The translations under genes were made by a program, and so were the position numbers. From Octopus vulgaris (taxonomy: Eukaryota): a stretch of DNA of 64,000 nt. Positions 54,886-64,000 of this stretch are shown here, one piece after another. Each line of letters begins with the position of its first letter. Position 1 is the stretch's first letter. The DNA lies in the NCBI GenBank assembly GCA_951406725.2, contig OX597818.1, positions 50,406,001 to 50,470,000 on the forward strand. The letters run 5' to 3'. The notes under the pieces are model-generated. The model saw nothing but the letters and a program-made list of their open reading frames with translations. It searched no databases and had not been told where the DNA came from.

Positions 54886-55244
54886 AATCTGATGCCAGCA
54901 ACATAATAGTTTCTGTATTTCAAACAAGTGTTGAGCGTTCTTTCCCGTTTGCTGTTAAAACGCTGTAAGCGATTCAGTCTGACAAATAACATGATGAACT
55001 TGAAGGTTTCAAGCATCTAAAAATATTTATGGTGACATTGAAATAGATTTACGTAGATGAAATTATAATGCAGTCCTCATTGACAAAAGAATATAAATAC
55101 CAAGAACATCAAACATATGGCCTTTCTCAACCTAACCACACTGAAGTTAATAATGTAGAACAGAAATTTTAAAAGACGTATCACATTATATTTACAAACC
55201 CCAATTTACTGCCAACACGAGGAAAGCTTATTCTATTTTTCATA

Positions 55245-55641
55245 AATCTCTCTATATATAAAGCTGAGGTTGTCTGTCTATGGCAGGTTTGGCAGCCTTC
55301 AACTAACACTATCTCCTCCGAGACCCTGCGGCGCAAGTTGACCAAAATTGAGAGTATGATAGAAGAAGGCTTGTTCTTCATTCCGTAGAAGAAAAAAATT
55401 CAAATCGGATCATGTTAAGACCAAAAATTATTTAAATCAAAAAGGTGCTTCTTTTTCTATGAAAATCCTTATTTTTTACGATTTTTTGACTGCTGTGTCG
55501 CCATTTTTCGGTGTATTTTAACCAGAAAAATGTTCACTTAAAGAGAATAACAAGCTATATAATGCAAAATTTTTACTTTTCAAAAATTTCAATTCTAAAG
55601 GGTCGAAACAAACCCGAGCAACGCCGGGCGATACTGCTAGT
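55245..55641 (-). mobile_element. Helitron-like non-autonomous element
   Basis: Reverse complement of 18626-19001. Confidence 0.7.
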
Positions 55642-56544
55642 TTCAGTAAAGTGGTGCTGGAGTTTATTTTATCGACAGAACTGGAAAGGCATTCCTAATT
55701 TTGTAGACATTTTCTGAATATTTGTCAACACAAAGGACTGACTATTGCAGCTGCTTCTTCGGGTATTGCTGCCATACTCATCCCTTGGATGGGGGTCACG
55801 CAGTAGATTCTGTTCTCAAAATCCTCTTTGTGTTGGACACAAATGGCACATATTTTTGAGGTAATATCGATAGTATTTCTCAACATGCAACATCTTTAGC
55901 TAACAAAAAAGTGGCTGTACGATAAAAGAAAAAGAAAAGCACTTGGGCCCACAGCATGAACTAACATCTATCGCAGGCAATTCCGTGAAATAGTCATGCC
56001 TACACTCAATAGTTAATGTTGTAGATCAAGTGGGAAAGTAATATATTATGTCCAATAAGGGTTTCCCAATGAAATAAAACTGTTTTCATGTTTACTTAAT
56101 CATGTGTCTTCCTTTAATATATCAGAATGGGATGTATGTCTTTTAAATCACACCATTGAATCATGTTGTTACTATTTAACGCCTGTCTATCGTATAATGC
56201 ACTTGACACCGGGCTGTTATGAACGCATAGGAAAACAACTTTTATTTTCTTACACGAAAAACAACTTTCCAAGAGAAATGTAATCGTGCTTTATTTAAAT
56301 GGATATGCTTTTAACGAAGAACAATTCTGTGCCACTTTACATTTCAAAATATGCCCTTTCTTTTTCGATGTGGTAGAGTGTAATTTAGGGCTGATTTGGA
56401 TGTTATATCTGATAATTCAGTTGATCATATACGGGCTTTTTCGTTGACAAACATCAAGTTGATGATGACCAAGAAGTCATTTGGTGCGGAAATAGTCGAG
56501 TCGCGAATGACGAGGTGCAATTTACAGATTTGTAGTTCCAGATA

Positions 56545-57595
56545 TCATCATCATCATTGATCGACCGAGGTCGAGACAATGGAATTTACCATGCTACGCC
56601 AGATTTCACGGTCCATCATCGCATTACGTAGGTCCTGTTGCTGGATGCCTGTATCTCTGGAGATTACATCAGGGTAGGAGAGTGTGCGCCCTCTGGTATC
56701 CCGAGCAGATGGCTTCCAGAGGAGAAGAGTAGAAATTGTCTCATTTTCAGCTCTACAACAATGTCCAGCAAACTGGACTCTCCAACCCTTCACAAGAGAT
56801 GACACAGGTGGTAGTTTCCCATATATTTGCATCTTGGTTGGATGACGCTTCCACCAGAGATTTTGAGCTCTCATAAGGAGGCAAGTATAGGTTCCATCCA
56901 ACCGCCTCTCAAGCTTCTTTGATAACGTCCAGGTTTCTGAGCCATATAGTAGAATTGGTTCGACTGTGGCTTTGAAGATTTCAAGTTTGAAGTCTCTACT
57001 TAGATTTGATGACCAGATCTTATGCATGTCATTACAGGCTGACCAGGCCATACCCTTTCTAGTTAGAAAATCTTTTCCAGATGATGATATGTATGACCCA
57101 AGATATTTGTAATCAGAAACCATATTTAAGGGCGCATTGTTGAGAGTATAGATGACGCAATCACTGTTGGACAGGCACTTGTTTATATATTCAGTCTTGG
57201 CCTCATTGAGGTTAAGACCTACACAATTTGAGGCTTGTTCGAGAGATTGTAAAAGAGACTGGGCATTGGAGAGAGAATCACTGATAAGAGCGATGTCGTC
57301 AGCAAAGTCAGTGCCTGTCAAGTATTCAGCTGGGTGTCTGGAACTTCTTGGTTTTATTTCAAAGCCCTTGCCAGAGATGGTATCAACGACATACGTAGCA
57401 CATAGTCACCGACAACGATGAAAAGAAATGGGGCGAGCGTGTCTCCCTGCAGTATTCTGGCTTTGATTGAGAAAGATGATGTTTCTCCGTCAGGGGTTAA
57501 GATGGTTGAAGACGTATCTGTGTAGAGGACCTTGATGGCAGAAATGATTTTGTCTGGTATCCCATAGAGCTGAAGGATTTCAAACATCTTGTACC
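56545..57595 (-). mobile_element. 5'-truncated RTE-like LINE present only in the right arm
   Basis: ILQGDTLAPFLF, DFADDIAL, YKYLGS, ILLYGSETW; (TGA)n tail; empty site at about 47800. Confidence 0.9.
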
Positions 57596-58019
57596 TAACT
57601 GACAGCCTAACTGAATAGAATTGCATATTACGACATGCAGTCCGACTGGTTAGGCATGCACCCAATGCTGTCCATTTCATATTTTTGTATGACTATTGGT
57701 GATGCTGTCATTCCTCAAATATAATCGAGCAGAGATATGTTATGAGGGTAGTTGATCGAACGATTGGGTGCGAGCCATAAATATTTAAGATGTATATCTT
57801 CAAGATGTTCTATTCATACGAAGATCATTCTCTGCATCATTACCTGGTGTGGTGAATAATAGAATGAGATGCTGTGTTGCGACCTGTACGCCTTATCCTG
57901 TGTTTCTCATGTATATTCCAATATTTTTGTCATGTAACGGATTAAATTGAAAACTGATCCGCCAAATTATTGAGTCATATTTATGTAGGATTTTTGTGCT
58001 TGTAGGACAGAAGAGAGAT

Positions 58020-58565
58020 CTCCTCGGAGACCAAAGGGCGAATCTATAAGGCCGTCGTTCGTACTATCCTCCTCTGTAGTTGTGAAACATGGCCTATGAG
58101 GGGAATCGATCAGCGAAGGCTGGAGGTGTTCGACAATGACTGTCTCCGCCGCATTCTTCGCTGCCGACGCATCGATCAGGTTCCTACAGCCGGTCTGCGT
58201 CATCGCCTGAATTTCCAGCTTCTCCCTTCGGTGCTTCTACAACGGCGCTTAAGGTGGTTCGGTCATGCGGCCCGGCGTCCAGAGGGTGAGCTGATTCGCG
58301 ATGTCTTCCTCCCAACTTCACTTCCCAATTGGCGCAAACGCACGGGCCGGCAGCTGAAGACCTGGGCAACGACGATAAAGGAGGACCTCTCCGAACTCTC
58401 AGGTCCGCAGGTTGTCGGTCTGCGCTGATGGAACCGCGAGTGGCTCGCTATCTCCATTGACCTCGCACAGGACCGTCGAGCGTGGTTCGTGCAGCCGTCA
58501 GGACCAGAGAAGAAGCCGGCTCAACCCGCCCTGGGTAAACGCCGTTACAAGTACAAGTAAGTAAG
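58020..58565 (+). mobile_element. RTE-clade LINE 3' end (duplicate of 46835-47372)
   Basis: Reverse complement copy. Confidence 0.85.
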
Positions 58566-61500
58566 GATATTTGTGGAATATTTATTTATATAAAAATCTC
58601 GGTCTCTGTAAACATTTATCTTTGTATCTAAATCAACAACATTATTTAAATAGCAGTAAATAAATATGATATCTGATCTAAGTTGAAACATTTATCGAAA
58701 TAACTGTAGCTGGTTCGGTTCAACTCATGGTGACAGTATCAGACTGACGGGCAGAGGAAGGGACAAAATGAAATAAAATAACTCATTGAAACTCAATTAA
58801 AAATAAAACAGGAATCGTGATGTTACTAGATGAAAGGTATTTATTTAATGATTACAATCGTATAGAATGTTCCGCTCTTAAAACCAAATTTTACTTTTTT
58901 AAAATTTCTAGATAATGCTTGTTTCCAGGATTGTTCTTGGCATTTTAGAGCAAAATTACACAATTAGACCAGAGAACCGTGTAACAGAATTATTCTTCTC
59001 ACGATTATTGTTAGTTTACAATTAGTCTCCAGCTGGTATGTAAAAAAAATGGTCAATCATTAGAAATACTTTAGATGCATTTATCTATTATTTTAGAAGT
59101 ATTTATATGGAATATTACTGAATTAGGTTGATTGTAGAATCTGTAGAGTTGCATGCAAAATACTTTCTGGTATTTTCTTTACTTTCCGGGTTCAATTTTC
59201 GCCAAAATGAGCTTTGCTTTTCGTTTGTAGCGGTATCTGACATCCTCACTGTTTGAGAGACACGGCAGGAATGATCTCGTTTGAGATTACAGCCATCTTT
59301 GGCTGAGTTGTTCCTGTTGTGTCCACTGACCTGATTGGTTGACATGTGGCGCGATTTGTCTCTACTTATTTCGCGCCACTGTCCAAAGACAACCAATCAC
59401 GGCCTTTGGTTAAGGTCCATTTTTCCTAGGCTCTGTTGAGCCACCTTTCTTGTATATAAAGGATTGTTCTCAGTATACTTGGTCTTTGACTCCTGACCTT
59501 CTAAGGTCTAGTCACTGACCACAGAGCTACTCAACATGTTCCAGTTCCAGCGACAGACGATTGCTCCTGCTACAACCAGCGACGACTCTAACATACACCA
59601 GCACCGCAGAACGCCTTCTATCTCCGCCGCCGTCGTCACCATCATTGTACCAACTTCAAGTCGTCTCTACCATCGTCCACTTTAGATATGTACACACCAA
59701 CTTCACAGACTCACGCTGTTAGAGTGAATCCCTTCACCAAGTAAAACAGTCCATCTGAAGAATTCTATATTAGGAGAACCTGCTCGGTGATTGAGACTAC
59801 AACCGCGGCTCGACGATATTCGCCAACCGGTCTCCGCCCGAGACACATCTTGATATGGAACTCTTACATATCGTGTACCTTATGGACTGTAAACCAATCT
59901 CCATCATTAACTCTATGCTCTGTACTTTCTGTGTCACACGCATTCACCCTTATTTGTATCTGTCACACACACGAACACACAGACACAAACACTTGTTGCA
60001 TGCACACATACACAACACTTGCTAGCACTCACAACCCTCTAACCTTAACACCTTGTAAATAAAATCTTATCTTCTCTCAAACAGTGGAACGGCTTGTCGT
60101 CTTTCATCTATATTCTGTTGGCACTGCATTGTATAAATTGTATTTATGGCTTATCTTATTTCGTTAGGGATACGACCGTGTGACTTACCTATGTCGCCAA
60201 CCTCCAAATACGATCGTATTTCCTACACGTTCCTCCGAGGTGGATAAAATAAGTAGTATCAGTCAAGAACTGGAATCGATCCACGTTCCATCTCTGAAAT
60301 GAGTGACAATATGTCATTGGTAGAATCCAGTATTCTTGTGTATCTCGAATATATTTTTCTCTGTATTTTGTTACCATTTCGTAGATTCATCAGATTTTGT
60401 TTCTAGTATTTTTAGAATAAGAAATTTTCATTTCCTGATTTTATTTTACAGTTCTTCTTGGTTGAATATAAATTTGGTTTCAAGTGTGTCTTGCCAACAT
60501 GTAACTGTTTACAATATTTTTTCTTTGTTAGTGCTGATGTAGCCCGAACAAGCTGTTCTGCTGGAAGAAAGCACCGAATTTCGCACCTTGATTGCATCCT
60601 ACAGTCATAAGATTAGAATATGTAGCCCTGGTTATACGAAAAGGTAAGATAATTAAGACTGGGATATCGTTCATCCTAGATATAATTGATTAGTATTGGT
60701 CTGAATCTAAATAATAATATCAACGCCACTTTTCGGCTTTTAGTTGCCGTCAACGAAGTTTATTTTCCTGCAAGAATTCTGATCCGTTTCTCTGTTCAAG
60801 GAAAATGCGCTGTCTTCAAACGTTCTCCCATTTATGTTACATGTTTTTTAAATAATTTGTTAACATTATTAAGGACGGACGATTGGCAAAATCGATAGTA
60901 TAGCTATATTTAGTTGCTTAAATTCGCTTTCTAAGTTCAAGTACCACCATCGAAATCGGCTTTGTCGTTCATCTGTCAGGAGTCAATAAACTAAATACAG
61001 TTCTGGAACGATTTAATCGACTATCCCTTTACCCAAAATCTTTGGCCGTATATTAGAAATCAATGAGTTACAATTCACAATTGCTATTCAATTTATTTAA
61101 CAAAAAGACAAAAAAAAAAACGTCATGGAAGAGATCAATACGTATCAGATGTGTGAAAAGAACATAAATATCTGGATTAAAAGGATAATGATAAATAAAT
61201 CCTATAGATGGGAAATAACTTTGAACAACTTAATACGCATCAGAGTAACATTTCCGAGGGGAGGTTATTCAATGAAGGGAGGCTACAATAAAAAGCTCTT
61301 TCTCAGAAATAAACTTTTATTTAAGTTCTTATTCTGTAAATCCAGTTGTTGCTGTTTAATCTCAATGCAACATAATGTTTTGCAAAAGGGTATCCCTCGC
61401 TAAAAGCAATCAGGGACCATGTGGTGGTGAGGGACCGATTGGCGGGATTAAGTCTACCAGTCCATAACAGATAAAGCTCATCCGACGATCTTATGGAGAT

Positions 61501-61591
61501 TACCCGTCTATGCCATTTAATTTACAACGCCTTGGATCGGTCTGTAATTGTGATAAAGGACACTTGAACAAGGTGTTACATTGTATATATG

Positions 61592-61625
<34 letters not shown>

Positions 61626-62023
61626 CATATAAAAATGTCCGACTTACACAGAATAGAAATGATATCAAGAATTAAAGGGTTGAAGAAAAGTCGTATTCCA
61701 TCGTAATTCCACCTTTAATCTCCCTTCTGTCAACACCTCAAATATAGGATTTCTTCCCTGAAGACGGGGGCTCGTCTCATCTGACGTTGGAATCAATTTC
61801 CCCCGTCTGCAGGGAAGAAATCTCACATTTTTAAAATCTGAAAACAAAAAGGAAGTGAGATAACTCCAATAATGGTATCACGTGATATATTATATTGAAA
61901 ACCATCAAGGCATTGTTATCATCTATCCATAGGTTTTGGTTATCGAACAGTAACAGATTGCTACTTGTAACAGATTTTGATTAATTATTAAGTTATAAAA
62001 CGTATCGTTATCACCAGTAGATT

Positions 62024-62221
62024 TTATTTTTCAACGACGTGATAAGAGTTATTTCTGTTCTCATTGTTCACAATTTCCAGTTCGTTAAAAGCCAGTTTAT
62101 CATATCTTGGAGAAGACTCTTCTTCTAGGACTTCATATGTTTCCTCACCGATGTTTCTTGGGTTTGTTGTTGTTGCAGTGTTTTTATTCACTATACTACT
62201 ATTGCAGAAGGAAATAGTTGT
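62024..62221 (-). CDS. Terminal ITAM exon of the paralogous receptor
   Basis: TTISFCNSSIVNKNTATTTNPRNIGEETYEVLEEESSPRYDKLAFNELEIVNNENRNNSYHVVEK*. Confidence 0.8.
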   Translation of the reverse strand, partial: TTISFCNSSIVNKNTATTTNPRNIGEETYEVLEEESSPRYDKLAFNELEIVNNENRNNSYHVVEK

Positions 62222-63619
62222 CTGTAATAAAATAAAAATAAAATATATAAACCCGTGTGAATGAGTGGATGGTAGAATCGGTCACCTTATAGTATTTCGT
62301 TATATCTCCTTACGTTTTGAGTTCAAATCCCACCTAGGTTTACATTGTATTTTATTTTTTCGATGTAATAAAACAGGGGCCAATTGTTTAAAGTGAAGTT
62401 CCGTCTGATCATTTTGGTAACTAAACGTTCTTCAAACTACACCCTACCACCTGAATCAGATAATAGAGTCTTACACGCACTATCTTTCAAAAGATATGAC
62501 GTTCTCTGCTGGAATGCATTTGTTTATAGATTTTCTCCAGTTGGACAGACCTGGAACAGCAACAACAACAATAAATTCAATACCACCACTGGCAATCTCA
62601 CACAAACCTCACCAAACGAAAGATGCATTAATGGCAATAGTTTTGACAAAATAGCTTCCAACATCAGCTTGAAATATGGACAGAACAGTCCTAAACCGTT
62701 GAGTTGTTTTCAGGAACAGGTGAAAAGAAACTGATCTACCTTCGTCTGTTGAAGGTACGAAAGCATTCTCTTTGCTCTAGGTGGACCAATTAAGGGGCGT
62801 TTTGATATTTTGTTTTCAGTGAAGGGCTGCGGGGACACAATCGATGGAAATGCGAAATGAGAGATTTTGCGCGAAAACATCCGCTTGTAAGCTTGTTATA
62901 TAAACTTATATTTCATTGCCCCAACAAAGTATATGAAGCGGGGAAATAAATGTGCGACAGTCAGAGGCACAGGAAATAATACTACCTATCCCTAGCTCAT
63001 TTTATCGAGATGTAGCCGTGTGTGGTGGGGTCAGTATAGAGTTGCTAATCCTTACGACCTTCCACGGAAGCTGTGCTACGTTGAAAGAGTAAAAACGAAG
63101 GGCGTGAGACTAATAAGGGAGGGAAGAAAGTTAAGTTGTTATACCTGAAGTCATATGATGCACCTGAAGACTTTTTGTTGTTCGGAAGAGATGGAGAAAC
63201 AGAATCAGTTCTCTACAATTAATTATTATAGTCGAGGTTATAATACTACTACCAGTGAGAAAATGTGAACTGGTGACCTTTCCACCGATTGCTTTGCACT
63301 TTACTTCCATTGTCATTCGTACTCTACGAAGCAATGTACTTTATTTCTCAAACGATACTGTCTTTTCGTTTCAGTCTAATTTCCCCCCACAAGTCTTTGG
63401 TCGACTGAAGGCTATGGTAGAATAGACTTACCCCAGGTGCCGTGCAGTGTGGTCGCCCAATATTTTGTGAAAAACTCAAATAACAAAATATAACTTAAGC
63501 ATGTATAAAAAAAAAGACGGAAAGAGAGTGAGAGGAGGAGGAGAAAAGAGAGGAGGAAAGAGTGTGAGGGAGAGAGAGTGTGTGTGTGATAGAGAGAGAG
63601 GAAGAGAGTAAGTACTAAC

Positions 63620-63713
63620 CGTGGTTTCATCGATTTCTTCATACGGATGATTGTTCTCATTTACATTTTGAACATTTGAACTGGCGAATTTATCATCTGG
63701 AGTTGAGTTTCGT
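63620..63713 (-). CDS. YEEI exon of the paralogous receptor
   Basis: Identical to 42813-42906, with intact AG and GTTAGT sites. Confidence 0.82.
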
Positions 63714-64000
63714 CTGGAGGAAATACCAAATGAATATCATTAAGTGGTACGTGAACGGCAAGATGTGTAAGGCATCGGTTAAAATATTTTGAGAGATTTA
63801 GGTACGTTCATTTACGTTTAGATTCCAAACACCACCCAGTTCTTCTTTCAGAAAAATATTTTAAATATTAAACCAGTGTGAATGGGGATCCCAACGGGAT
63901 TATTAGGCGAAAGGCTGGCAACACCTATGTTGATATGTGTGTGGTATTTATAAAGGAAACACTTACTTCTGGCTGTCACAGTCCACTATAAATAGCTTTC

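Larger units (their letters stand above)
55925..64000 (-). repeat. Right arm of the large inverted duplication (runs off the window)
   Basis: Reverse complement of 42526-48425, plus extra blocks at 56545-57595 and about 62482-63592. Confidence 0.95.

Overview
Eukaryotic, AT-rich and repeat-dense DNA, most likely a coleoid cephalopod (Octopus-like SINE families, microsatellite load, C2H2-ZNF remnant; this is an inference). Most six-frame ORFs are microsatellite artefacts. Mobile elements make up most of the window: a degenerate Tx1/L1 LINE (0.25-5.7 kb); CR1, RTE and R4/Dong-like LINE fragments; a dead mariner; Helitron-like elements; three tRNA-SINE families; and several Penelope-like (Naiad-type) elements, one with an uninterrupted 773-aa RT+GIY-YIG ORF. 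Many Penelope-like ends carry type I hammerhead ribozyme folds. Hidden in the repeats, and not visible as a unit in the ORF track, is a spliced + strand gene with consistent splice phases. It has small Cys-rich phase-1 exons in a tandemly duplicated block, a Thr/Pro stalk plus transmembrane exon, and two cytoplasmic exons with YEEI and a canonical ITAM (EETYEAL-x7-YDKL). A near-identical paralog faces it tail-to-tail in a large inverted duplication (about 42.5-48.4 kb vs 55.9-64.0 kb). The two terminal exons differ only by amino-acid-changing substitutions and by one extra C-terminal Tyr motif. All calls come from reading by eye; no searches were run.
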